Assembly (NCBI GenBank): GCA_017407125.1
Contig: JAFQXE010000025.1
Location: 92,591-156,590 of the forward strand
Direction of reading: 5' to 3'
Length of the DNA: 64,000 nt
Source of the DNA: Thermoguttaceae bacterium
GTDB lineage: Bacteria > Planctomycetota > Planctomycetia > Pirellulales > Thermoguttaceae
The notes below the pieces were generated by a model. That model was not told the DNA's origin. It ran no database searches and was given only the letters and a program-made list of their open reading frames with translations. Numbering within the stretch: the stretch's first letter is position 1; the number at the start of each line of letters is the position of its first letter. Positions 1 to 8,509 of this stretch are shown piece by piece. The position numbers and the translations under genes were made by a program.

Positions 1-286
1 AGTCTTTTTTCATTTTGTACTTGTTGGCGGCGTCCCAAAGAATGGTGTCTGCAATAGGCGTCAAACCGAACAGACGAAACGACGTGGCGATAATATCAAC
101 GTCGCCCAGTTCGGATTCGTCCATGCCGTACTGAGTTCTAAGCTGAGCCAGCTTGCCTCCGGGCGAGCCCGCCTGACCGTCTTTGCCGGGACTGGCGGGC
201 TGGCTAAGCAGGAACATAGGATACAGCAAAGCCGCCAATATAATAACGTATATGATTTTTCGTCTGAAAGATGCGTTTTTGTTCAT
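1..286 (-). CDS. hypothetical membrane-anchored protein, N-terminal part only (gene runs off the left edge)
   Basis: ATG at 284-286 overlaps the TGA stop of the upstream permease gene (ATGA coupling). The frame stays open to position 2. N-terminus is MNKNASFRRKIIYVI.. followed by a hydrophobic stretch. Absent from the ORF track because there is no stop inside the window. Confidence 0.5.
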   Translation of the reverse strand, partial: MNKNASFRRKIIYVIILAALLYPMFLLSQPASPGKDGQAGSPGGKLAQLRTQYGMDESELGDVDIIATSFRLFGLTPIADTILWDAANKYKMKKD

Positions 287-2193
287 GCTGCGATCTCCCT
301 GAGTTTCATGCAAAGGTAGCCGAAAATGTAAAGTGGAATAAAGAACGCCAGAGCCGTCAAGGCGTCAATGGTCATTAAATTCCACGGGATGTCAAAACCG
401 CTGGCAACGTATTCGGAATTGGCAAACTGATTCATGTCTGGAGCCAGATATCCGACAAATCCAATGATATAGTTAATAACCTGGTCCGACATGCTGATAA
501 CGTCGCCCAGAACGTTGTCCGGCAGTTCCGTAATCATGTTGTCCTGCCGAAGCAGACGATACATGGATTCCAGAACCCCGCCGCCTTCGGTCAAACCGTT
601 AGCCAGTTGGAGAACGTAGTTGTGGAAGACGCCGGTAATCATGATGAAAATCGTTCCCAAAATGGCAATCGGCGCAGAGAGTAACGAACTGAGCGTTACG
701 CCGTAAACAATAATCAGGAACATTTCCAGCCAGATGCATACAAACCCTTTTACAAAATTAAGTGCAAAAGGAGCGTCGTATGCGCGAATGTACAGGTCAG
801 GCTCTGCGGCGCCGAAGTATTGCATCGGATCCAGACAGCGAACCCAGATCTCGACGCGGCCGTCTGCGGTTACAAGGTCTTTGAACAGGTCAAATTCTGC
901 TTTTTGAGCGTACGCCTGATTGAGCTTGTTTTCTGGAATGTCGTGAACAACGTTTCCGTTTGAAAGTTTTGTTTTGGACGAAATAACCTGCGGTCTGCTG
1001 GCGGGCTTGATTTTAAGCGGAACAAGCAATCGCTTTGTATTGAATTCGACGGATTCAAACAGGTGCGTTTCGACCATCAACCCGGTGTCCGGATTGCGAA
1101 TAGCCAAACCGCCCATAACGCCGCGTTCGATGTTGCCTTTGTGAGTGCGGAAGACGCCCAGAGTCATTTCGACAGGAAGTCCGTTTGGGAACGAACTCTG
1201 TTTAATGTTTTTGAAAAGCCAAATCAACGCCGCCGGCGAGTTGCCCTGAATAAAGCTGCGGTACTCCCATTCATCGCCAACGTTGATGCCTTTATTGGTG
1301 TCAAAATTGGTTGTGTCGCGGAATCGGAGATTTCCATAAATCGGGACTCGGGCGGTAAACATGTTTTTAACGCCAGAGAGCTTGTACTGACGATCTTTCC
1401 CTTGCCCGACAATCGTAATCTGGTGAGTGTGACCATTTGTTGGCTCCGTCATAACGGTTTTACCCGCCGGATCTTTGAGGATTTCCGGAGACAAATAAAC
1501 AGAGTGTTTATGTTCTTTAACCGTAGACGTTTTCCCTTCAAGAGCCTGTGCGCCTTCCTGCGTTGTGGCGACATATCGCAAATCGTCTGACGTCAGCTTA
1601 TGAGTATGGGCAACGGAACGGATAACAAATCCGTAACTGAGAACTCCCATAACAATCAGCATGGCAGAACACATAAGCGTAAAGCCAAGGATTCGTCCCA
1701 GGACAATTTCACCCGATCGAACCGGTTTGGTCGCAAGGGTATAAATCGTTTTATATTTGAAGTCGTTTGGAATGCTAAAGGAACTGATAAACAGAGCTAA
1801 CAGCAGAATCAGGACGTTATTCACCCAGAAAATAAAGTTGATGTACAATCTGGCGGGATCCTGACTGCTGGGGTCCAGGAACATGCCGGCAAAGAGCAAT
1901 ACGATGATAAAGACGACAAAACCGATGAGGATTTTGCGTCGAATCGCCTCTTTGAACGACAACATCGCCACGGCAAAAATTCTTTTAAACGACAAATGCG
2001 CCAGGTCTGAAAAGGCGTTTTTAATCGCTCCCTTGACGATTGCCCAGGAACGTTTTGGCCCCATTCGAACGCCTGTAATGAGAAATCCCAAAGCAAGCGC
2101 AATTAAACAGAAGGACCCAATCCGGATAATCCAGGCTAATGCCGCTGGTTTAAACCATTCAGTTAAAGAAGGGAATTGTGTTTCCAATACCAT
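283..2193 (-). CDS. ABC-2-type transporter permease with a large hydrophilic (probably extracytoplasmic) insert
   Basis: 636-aa ORF starting 4 nt after the ABC ATPase stop, with an AAGGAGG RBS inside the ATPase 3' end. Multi-span hydrophobic blocks at both ends flank a ~300-aa hydrophilic middle. Confidence 0.8.
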   Translation of the reverse strand: MVLETQFPSLTEWFKPAALAWIIRIGSFCLIALALGFLITGVRMGPKRSWAIVKGAIKNAFSDLAHLSFKRIFAVAMLSFKEAIRRKILIGFVVFIIVLLFAGMFLDPSSQDPARLYINFIFWVNNVLILLLALFISSFSIPNDFKYKTIYTLATKPVRSGEIVLGRILGFTLMCSAMLIVMGVLSYGFVIRSVAHTHKLTSDDLRYVATTQEGAQALEGKTSTVKEHKHSVYLSPEILKDPAGKTVMTEPTNGHTHQITIVGQGKDRQYKLSGVKNMFTARVPIYGNLRFRDTTNFDTNKGINVGDEWEYRSFIQGNSPAALIWLFKNIKQSSFPNGLPVEMTLGVFRTHKGNIERGVMGGLAIRNPDTGLMVETHLFESVEFNTKRLLVPLKIKPASRPQVISSKTKLSNGNVVHDIPENKLNQAYAQKAEFDLFKDLVTADGRVEIWVRCLDPMQYFGAAEPDLYIRAYDAPFALNFVKGFVCIWLEMFLIIVYGVTLSSLLSAPIAILGTIFIMITGVFHNYVLQLANGLTEGGGVLESMYRLLRQDNMITELPDNVLGDVISMSDQVINYIIGFVGYLAPDMNQFANSEYVASGFDIPWNLMTIDALTALAFFIPLYIFGYLCMKLREIAA

Positions 2194-2196
2194 GGA

Positions 2197-3132
2197 TTAG
2201 CCCTCCTTCTTTTGATTCGCTTCAAAAGGTTTGGAATCGCCAGTCGCCTGTTCAGACGCCTGATAGCGTTTGCCGGGATGCGTTTTACCTTCTTCCACGA
2301 CTTTAAGGAACAATTCTTCCAACGAAGCGGAGGGCGCGCCATACGATTTGACTTGTCCGCCAAAACGTTCGACAACCCGGCGAATTTCAGCCTCCGCTTC
2401 CGGCGGAAGCTTGGTCGTCTGAATGTCGGTAACGTCTCGAACCTGAAGCAGATCGGAAACTCGCCCCATTTCTTTCAGTTCGCCCTGATACAGAATTCCG
2501 ATTCGGTCGCATACGTCTTGAACGTCTGCCAACAGGTGCGAACACATGAGAATCGTCTTTCCCTGTCGTTTGAGATCAAGGATAAGGTCTTTCATTTCCC
2601 GGCAGCCAATCGGGTCCAAGCCGGTTGTGGGTTCGTCCATGATAATCAGTTCCGGGTCGTTGATCAACGCCTGCGCCAAACCGATTCGACGGGTCATACC
2701 CTTTGAATATTCCTTAAGCTGACGTCGTTTTGCCCAACCCAGTCCAACCATCTCGATTAAATCGCGAACGCGCTGACGTCGAACGTTAGTCGGCAAACGG
2801 AAAAGCCGTCCGTAAAAATCCAGCGTTTCTTCTGCGTTGAGAAACTTGTACAAGTACGATTCTTCAGGCAGATAGCCAATTCTCTCGTTTTTCGAGACGT
2901 CGTCAGCAGGATTGTTAAAAACCAGAGCTTCTCCGGAACTCGGAAAGAGCAAGCCCAGCAAAAGTTTGGTGGTCGTGGTTTTCCCGGAACCGTTTGGTCC
3001 CAACAGACCAAAAATTTCGCCTCTATAAATTTTCAAATCCAAAGCGGATAACGCTCGGACTTTTTGTCGTCCCCAAAAATCGCGATACGTTTTTGTCAGG
3101 TTACGCGTTTCGATAATGACGTCGGTTTCCAT
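2197..3132 (-). CDS. ABC transporter ATP-binding protein
   Basis: Walker [10 protein letters not shown], signature-like YSKGMTRR, Walker [14 protein letters not shown]-loop CSHLL. Start set at ATG 3130-3132 ([12 protein letters not shown]); the ORF-track start at 3216 adds 28 non-typical residues. Confidence 0.9.
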   Translation of the reverse strand: METDVIIETRNLTKTYRDFWGRQKVRALSALDLKIYRGEIFGLLGPNGSGKTTTTKLLLGLLFPSSGEALVFNNPADDVSKNERIGYLPEESYLYKFLNAEETLDFYGRLFRLPTNVRRQRVRDLIEMVGLGWAKRRQLKEYSKGMTRRIGLAQALINDPELIIMDEPTTGLDPIGCREMKDLILDLKRQGKTILMCSHLLADVQDVCDRIGILYQGELKEMGRVSDLLQVRDVTDIQTTKLPPEAEAEIRRVVERFGGQVKSYGAPSASLEELFLKVVEEGKTHPGKRYQASEQATGDSKPFEANQKKEG

Positions 3133-3398
3133 GTTCGTTATTAAATGAGTGATAAAGAAAAATGTTGAGCGGTTTGCGCCCAGACTCTGGGAGCTCTCGC
3201 CTTTGAGGTTTCCCAAACGGTTAACTGCTACATACCCTCTATTATATATAGAATTCCAAGAATTTAAAGCCCCCTGAGAAAGAATTTAGAGAAGGTCGTT
3301 CATCTGTATTTTTCTTTCAATCAACAGATCCGCCATGAAAGGTCGACTATATGATGATTTATGCTGTTTTATATGACTATTATGTCAACCGTTAAAGC

Positions 3399-3464
3399 AA
3401 TTACGTCCCTTTGGAGCGTCCGATACTCGAAAAAAGGCTTGCTCCTTGATAAAGGGACGTAATT
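3399..3464 (-). terminator. long hairpin downstream of the DUF502 gene (terminator-like, no clear U-tract)
   Basis: Perfect 14-bp arms aattacgtcccttt / aaagggacgtaatt (3399-3412, 3451-3464) with an inner ggagc/gctcc stem. Confidence 0.35.
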
Positions 3465-3491
3465 ATTTAAAAAAGACGCAATAATTAAATT

Positions 3492-4211
3492 CTATGCGTT
3501 ATGGGTTTCTTCTGCGTTCTGACCGTTTGCGTCGTTCTGAATATCTTGTTTTGGCGAATCGCCTTGTTTATCATCTTGATCAATGCGCAGCATGCCCGCC
3601 GAAGTATAATAAGCGACAAGTTTGTCGACAGGAATGCTTGGATCCGGGAAAATAACGTCTTCTTCGGGAACCATCAGAACCGCGCCTCCAAAAGGAACCG
3701 GGGCGGTTGGGATAATTGCTGAATAGTACGCTTTGCCGTTGATTGTAGTTTTATTTAAAGTTGTCAACAGCGCCAAAACCATTGTTGACCCCAATCGGCA
3801 ATAGACTGGCGTCATTTGTTTAAATTTGCTTTTATCGAGCGTGCTTACCAGCTGACAAGCCGTTTCATAGAAAGGTCCGATAATCGGAATTTTCTTGATA
3901 AAATCGTCGACTTTTTTGATTAATGGATCAACCCAGGTAATTTCAATGAACGCCCCGACTGCAATGATAATTGCCAGAACAATCAACAAGCCAATTAAGT
4001 AGGATAACAACGGGTAATTGGTTTGAAAATAATACAGGCCGTAAAACAGGCCAATTTGCTCCAACCATTTTCCGACAACTGTATTTGGTCCAAGATATTG
4101 GACGACTAAAATCCCTAACCAGATAATAGCTCCAATGGTGATAACAAACGGCAACAGGAAAATAGTTCCTGTTATTAAATAACGAAAGAGTTTTTGAATC
4201 AGTTTTATCAC
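3492..4211 (-). CDS. DUF502-family membrane protein
   Basis: Two N-terminal TM spans and a C-terminal IPTAPVPFGGAVLMVPEEDV block, typical of DUF502 from memory. GTG at 4209-4211 has an AGGAG about 9 nt upstream; the ORF-track TTG start at 4232 is the alternative. Confidence 0.7.
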   Translation of the reverse strand: MIKLIQKLFRYLITGTIFLLPFVITIGAIIWLGILVVQYLGPNTVVGKWLEQIGLFYGLYYFQTNYPLLSYLIGLLIVLAIIIAVGAFIEITWVDPLIKKVDDFIKKIPIIGPFYETACQLVSTLDKSKFKQMTPVYCRLGSTMVLALLTTLNKTTINGKAYYSAIIPTAPVPFGGAVLMVPEEDVIFPDPSIPVDKLVAYYTSAGMLRIDQDDKQGDSPKQDIQNDANGQNAEETHNA

Positions 4212-4364
4212 AGGTAATTCTCCTATTGACAAAAAGATAAAAAAATACTAATTTAAACTGTCAGCAGTCAACAGATGTTGTTTGAAATAAAAAAGCAATA
4301 GTCTGTTCTGTTAGTCAGTTTCCAATTACTGTTTAATATACCCCAAAAAATCAGAAAGTCAATT

Positions 4365-5504
4365 ATGACCGCAAGCTCTTTGCCAACCAGAGTTCCGCTG
4401 CTGGACCTTAAACGTGCGGAAAGACCTCTCCACGACGAGATGAAAGCCGCCTTAGAGAAAATTGTCGAAAGCGGAATCTATATTTTGGGACCAGAAATTC
4501 AAAAATGCGAAGAAACGATCAGCGCGTATTGTCAGGCAAAGCATGGAATTGCGTGCGCTTCCGGCACAGACGCTCTTCTGCTGGCTCTGATGGCTTTGGA
4601 CGTCCAACCGGGCGACGAAGTCATTCTTCCCAGTTTCACGTTTTTCGCAACGGCAGGGTCGGCGGCGAGACTGGGCGCAACCCTTAAATTCGCCGACATT
4701 CTTCCGGATTCTTACTGCATTGACCCTGCAAGCGTTCGCAGTTTGATTACCGAAAAGACCAAGGCGATTATCCCGGTTCATCTGTACGGACAAAGCGCCG
4801 ACATGGCCTCGCTGACGGCGATTTCCAAGGAATTCAATATTCCGATAGTTGAAGACGCCGCTCAGTCGATTGGCGCGCAATGGGAAGACAAACGCGTTTG
4901 CTCTATGGGAACGTTTGGTTGCTTGAGCTTCTACCCGACTAAAAACCTCGGAGCTGCCGGCGATGGCGGCATGGTTATTACCAACGACGACGCCTTGGCG
5001 GAAAAAGTAACAATGCTTCGCGTTCACGGCATGAAACCAAGATATTACCATCAGATTTTGGGAATCAACGGTCGTCTGGACGCCTTCCAGGGCGCAACGC
5101 TCAACGTTAAGTTCCCACATCTGGATACGTGGACGGGCATGCGTCAGAACAACGCCAAGATTTACGGAGAGTTGTTTGCCGCGGAGGGACTGGATAAAAT
5201 TCTGACCTTGCCCAAACAGGTTCATCCGGGCAGACACGTTTGGAATCAGTACGTTATTCGCGTTCCAGACGGCAAGCGCGACGCCTTGCGAGCGTTCATG
5301 ACAGAAAACCAAATCGGATCGGATATTTATTATCCTTTTGGAATTCATAAACAGCCGTGCTTTGTCAACAAGGGCCTGCATTGGGACAATCTTCCGGAAA
5401 CCGACAAAGCAGGAACGGAAGTCCTTGCTCTGCCAAACTTCCCCGGCTTGACAGAAGAAGAACAGCAGGCGGTCGTCAACTGCATTGCGAAGTTTTTTAA
5501 CTGA
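4365..5504 (+). CDS. DegT/DnrJ/EryC1/StrS-family PLP-dependent sugar aminotransferase
   Basis: Family-typical blocks ASGTDALLLAL, VEDAAQSIGA and FYPTKNLGAAGDGGMVITND (PLP lysine context). Confidence 0.9.
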   Translation: MTASSLPTRVPLLDLKRAERPLHDEMKAALEKIVESGIYILGPEIQKCEETISAYCQAKHGIACASGTDALLLALMALDVQPGDEVILPSFTFFATAGSAARLGATLKFADILPDSYCIDPASVRSLITEKTKAIIPVHLYGQSADMASLTAISKEFNIPIVEDAAQSIGAQWEDKRVCSMGTFGCLSFYPTKNLGAAGDGGMVITNDDALAEKVTMLRVHGMKPRYYHQILGINGRLDAFQGATLNVKFPHLDTWTGMRQNNAKIYGELFAAEGLDKILTLPKQVHPGRHVWNQYVIRVPDGKRDALRAFMTENQIGSDIYYPFGIHKQPCFVNKGLHWDNLPETDKAGTEVLALPNFPGLTEEEQQAVVNCIAKFFN

Positions 5505-5523
5505 AACTCGCAACTTTTAACCA

Positions 5524-6021
5524 ATGGATTATTCAATCAAGCCTGCCGCGCGCTGTTGTTGTCAAACCGGGCGAGCGTTTCAGCCCGGCGAGACGTTCTT
5601 CAGCGCAGTTTTTTTTGACGAGAAGAAGTCGTCGCTCATTCGACGGGACTATTCTCGCGAAGCGTGGCATGGACGTCCGGCAGACGCTTACGCCTGTTGG
5701 CGATGTGAGATCCCGCCTCTGGAAGAAGAGGTCGGTTCTAAACCGGCGACGAATGAACAGTTGCTGGAATTCTTCGATAAATTGCGAGACGACCCGACTC
5801 AGGCGGACATGCTCTTTGTTATGACGCTGCTGCTGATTCGTCGACGACTGTTCAAGGAAGACGATTCCCTTGATTTCTCAGACGACATCGACGAGTCGGC
5901 ATTTGTAAAAGTATACTGTCCTCGAAGAAACGAGTCGTACACGATTGAAATCGTTGACATTCCTCTTCCGCGCCAGGATGAGATTCAGGCGATTTTGGAA
6001 CGATTGGTCTTTGGAGAGTAG
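5524..6021 (+). CDS. hypothetical protein (Cys pairs CCCQ / CWRC)
   Basis: 165-aa ORF with protein-like composition, 20 nt after the DegT stop. No family recognised. Confidence 0.55.
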   Translation: MDYSIKPAARCCCQTGRAFQPGETFFSAVFFDEKKSSLIRRDYSREAWHGRPADAYACWRCEIPPLEEEVGSKPATNEQLLEFFDKLRDDPTQADMLFVMTLLLIRRRLFKEDDSLDFSDDIDESAFVKVYCPRRNESYTIEIVDIPLPRQDEIQAILERLVFGE

Positions 6022-6030
6022 TTCCTCGCG

Positions 6031-6066
6031 CCCCCCTCTTGCAAAGAAGTTCAAAGACGATATATT
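6031..6066 (+). promoter_or_regulatory. promoter-like motif CCCCCCTC-TTGCAA-N16-TATATT
   Basis: TTGCAA at 6039-6044, 16-nt spacer, TATATT at 6061-6066, preceded by a C6 run at 6031-6036. The same 14-mer and geometry recur at 33356-33391. Confidence 0.45.
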
Positions 6067-6067
6067 T

Positions 6068-6239
6068 GTAGTTGTAATTAGCAATTAGCAATAAGTGGTT
6101 AGTGGTTAGTACGCAAGCTCTCATCTAACTAACCACTTACTCCGTGGGTTAAAACCCACGGCTATTAATATTAAACAGCTACGCGGTTTTAGAAGAACGC
6201 TGTCGCGTCCGATTTAAAATCTTACAACTTACAACTACA
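6068..6239 (+). repeat. heptamer word arrays and nested palindromes forming the glucokinase 5' leader
   Basis: Six consecutive 7-nt words at 6068-6109 (gtagttg taattag caattag caataag tggttag tggttag). Perfect palindrome ccgtgggttaaaacccacgg at 6142-6161. Cttacaa repeated at 6221-6234. An 11-bp long-range complement links 6067-6077 and 6229-6239. Confidence 0.5.
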
Positions 6240-6247
6240 ATATAATC

Positions 6248-7276
6248 ATGTCAGAATCGAATAATTGCATTAGTCTTGAACAGGCGAAAGCTCCCTTTTT
6301 CGTTGGAATTGATTTGGGAGGAACCAATACCAAATTTGGCGTTGTTGACGACAATGGGCAGACCATCGCTCGTTTGAGCATTCCGACTCGCGTTTCCGAA
6401 GGACCTGATCAGGCGGCGACTCGTATTGGCGAAGCGATTCTGGAAGTCGCTCAAGCCGCGGGACTGACAAAAGATCAAGTTAAGGCCGTTGGACTGGCGT
6501 CAGCGGGTACAATGGACATTCCCGGCGGTCGATTGATGGTTCCCGCCAATCTCGGTCCGCTGTGGAACTATTATCCGATTCGAGACAGAGTTTCCGCCGC
6601 CTGCGGATTGCCGGTCATCTTTGCTAACGACGCGGACGCCGCCGCTTACGGCGAATACTGGATTGGACCCGGCAAAGAATATCAAAGCATGATTATGCTT
6701 ACTCTGGGAACAGGTTTGGGCTGCGGAATTATTTACAATGACATGATTATTTCCGGCGCTCATTCTCACGGCGGCGAGTACGGACATACTTTGGTTGACC
6801 TCCTTCCCAACGCTCGCGTTTGCGGCTGCGGAAAGGCTGGGCATCTGGAAGCGTACGTTTCTGCAACGTCGGTTATCAAGCGAATGAAAGAAGCCATCGA
6901 AGCCGGAAAATCGACGTCTGTCGCCAAACTGCTCGAACAGGGCGCTCAGCTTGACGCCAAGCTCGTTGGCGACGAGGCGGCGAAGGGCGATCAGGTTTCT
7001 TTGGAAATCGTCATGGACGTTGCCCGCTATCTGGGCGTCGGCATGATTAATCTCATGCATACGATTGACCCGGAATGCATTCTTATCGGCGGCGCCATGA
7101 CGTTCGGAAAGAACGAAACGGAACTGGGTCGCGCTTTCAAAGAAAAAGTTCGTCAAACCATCAACGAGGGCGCGTACAAGGTTCTTGCTGAAAACACGGT
7201 TATCGAATACGCAGAACTGGGCGGCGACGCAGGGTATATTGGCGCCGCGGGCATTGCCAGAGCGGCGGTAGAATAA
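6248..7276 (+). CDS. ROK-family glucokinase
   Basis: N-terminal ATP-binding motif GIDLGGTNTKFGVVD and the ROK zinc motif CGCGKAGHLEAYVS. Confidence 0.85.
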   Translation: MSESNNCISLEQAKAPFFVGIDLGGTNTKFGVVDDNGQTIARLSIPTRVSEGPDQAATRIGEAILEVAQAAGLTKDQVKAVGLASAGTMDIPGGRLMVPANLGPLWNYYPIRDRVSAACGLPVIFANDADAAAYGEYWIGPGKEYQSMIMLTLGTGLGCGIIYNDMIISGAHSHGGEYGHTLVDLLPNARVCGCGKAGHLEAYVSATSVIKRMKEAIEAGKSTSVAKLLEQGAQLDAKLVGDEAAKGDQVSLEIVMDVARYLGVGMINLMHTIDPECILIGGAMTFGKNETELGRAFKEKVRQTINEGAYKVLAENTVIEYAELGGDAGYIGAAGIARAAVE

Positions 7277-7355
7277 TTAGCAATTTGTAATTAGCAATTA
7301 GCAATTATGCAATTCGTCACAACAATTGACAATTGCTAATTGATAATTGCTAATT
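7275..7355. repeat. inverted pair of AATTAGC heptamer arrays (possible bidirectional terminator between convergent genes)
   Basis: The left arm (7275-7306) and right arm (7324-7355) are 32 nt each and complementary except for about 5 positions; the loop is 7307-7323. The 18-mer taattagcaattagcaat is also present at 6075-6092. Confidence 0.55.
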
Positions 7356-7364
7356 TGATTTCTG

Positions 7365-8384
7365 CTACCAGAGCAGTCCCTTTTTTTCTACCGGTCGATT
7401 GAGCTGAAGATAGATTTCAAATCGATGATACAGCTGATCTGATTTAATAACCATCGGCGCGCGGGCTTCCATAATGTTTTTCGGACCTCGGTAGCTTTTA
7501 GGCGTCTCAAAAATGGTCAGGCTGGGGTCGTTGACAATGCGTTGACTCATGTGGAACTGCTGGCGAAGCATTGCTGTAAGACGTCCCAAATGTCCCGTCG
7601 TTCCCTGGAATTGAATCTGTTGTAATTGTTTATGGTTGTCGAAATAGTACGTTAAAACGCCAGTCAGGTCGTCTGGGGAAGACCCGGTTACCAGAGAAAC
7701 GCGATATCCCCGCAGATTCATCGGACCAACGCTGGCGGTAACGAAATCCCAGTTCTGTTCTATCCATTCGGGAGTAATGTCAAACCGGAACCAGAATTCC
7801 AACCCTGTCATGTTGCGTTGAACGACAGCATTTTGCGGAACGACAACGTTTTGCGGGATAACAACATTTTGCGGAACGATAACGTTTTGCGGAACTGGTC
7901 CCGAAACAATTTCAACGCCTTGAGGAATCTGAACAACCTGACCAGGAACTTCTGAATAATATACAACATTTGACTGCGATTGGGGTTCGAGAATCGAAAC
8001 CGGACCGTGTCCCGCCGTTGAAACAGACTGCTCTGAATAAACCGGCTCAGGGGGAGGATACGCTGCCGGTTGAGGTTGTTCGATAGGCGCGTACCCGACA
8101 TGATGAATCGTACTCGAAGCGTTTGCAGGCGCCTTTTTCCACTTCAATTCGGATTTGGCCGAACCGTTTAATTCCGCATTTTGACGTTGAGTCAGGTCGT
8201 TGAGCTGGTTTACCGAATTAGCGTATGGAACCTGCTGCGGAGCCGACAACCCAGAAGTTTGAGTTGTCGAAGACGGATCAGTTACCGAAAACAGGGAGCT
8301 TGTCTGCGGTATATAGCTCAACAGCGGCGGAACGGCTGCCGCTACGGCTATTGCTGTCAACAGTACAGAAAATTTGGGCGCCAT
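7365..8384 (-). CDS. hypothetical secreted protein with a PQNVxV hexapeptide repeat
   Basis: 339-aa ORF with the signal-like N-terminus MAPKFSVLLTAIAVAAAVPP, a Pro/Gln/Ser-rich low-complexity first half and a globular-looking C-terminal half. Confidence 0.7.
   Translation of the reverse strand: MAPKFSVLLTAIAVAAAVPPLLSYIPQTSSLFSVTDPSSTTQTSGLSAPQQVPYANSVNQLNDLTQRQNAELNGSAKSELKWKKAPANASSTIHHVGYAPIEQPQPAAYPPPEPVYSEQSVSTAGHGPVSILEPQSQSNVVYYSEVPGQVVQIPQGVEIVSGPVPQNVIVPQNVVIPQNVVVPQNAVVQRNMTGLEFWFRFDITPEWIEQNWDFVTASVGPMNLRGYRVSLVTGSSPDDLTGVLTYYFDNHKQLQQIQFQGTTGHLGRLTAMLRQQFHMSQRIVNDPSLTIFETPKSYRGPKNIMEARAPMVIKSDQLYHRFEIYLQLNRPVEKKGLLW
7815..7895 (-). repeat. coding tandem repeat, 18-nt unit, about 4.4 copies
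   Basis: Units gcggaacgacaacgtttt / gcgggataacaacatttt / gcggaacgataacgtttt encode PQNVIVPQNVVIPQNVVVPQNAVV. Confidence 0.75.
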
Positions 8385-8509
8385 GTAATTCTACTTGATT
8401 TTTTTGAGATTTTAGTTATTATGGTTTATCGCTGGGTATAACGATTAGAATCCTCTTAATCGTTAAACATTAGTATTATAGCTTAACAATCAACAGATAA
8501 TTATCAGCC

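Noticed and set aside
236-286. An apparent frameshift in an ATT-repeat tract near the start of the left-edge partial gene.
   Set aside because: This was an artefact of my own manual base counting. Frame arithmetic against the ORF-track stop at 283-285 shows the ATG at 284-286 is in frame with the long open frame, which runs to position 2.
7815-7895. A CRISPR array or other spaced-repeat locus.
   Set aside because: The only regular repeats are contiguous (no spacers) and either coding (18-nt PQNVxV units) or 7-9-nt word arrays. No 25-40-nt repeat/spacer periodicity was seen anywhere in the window.
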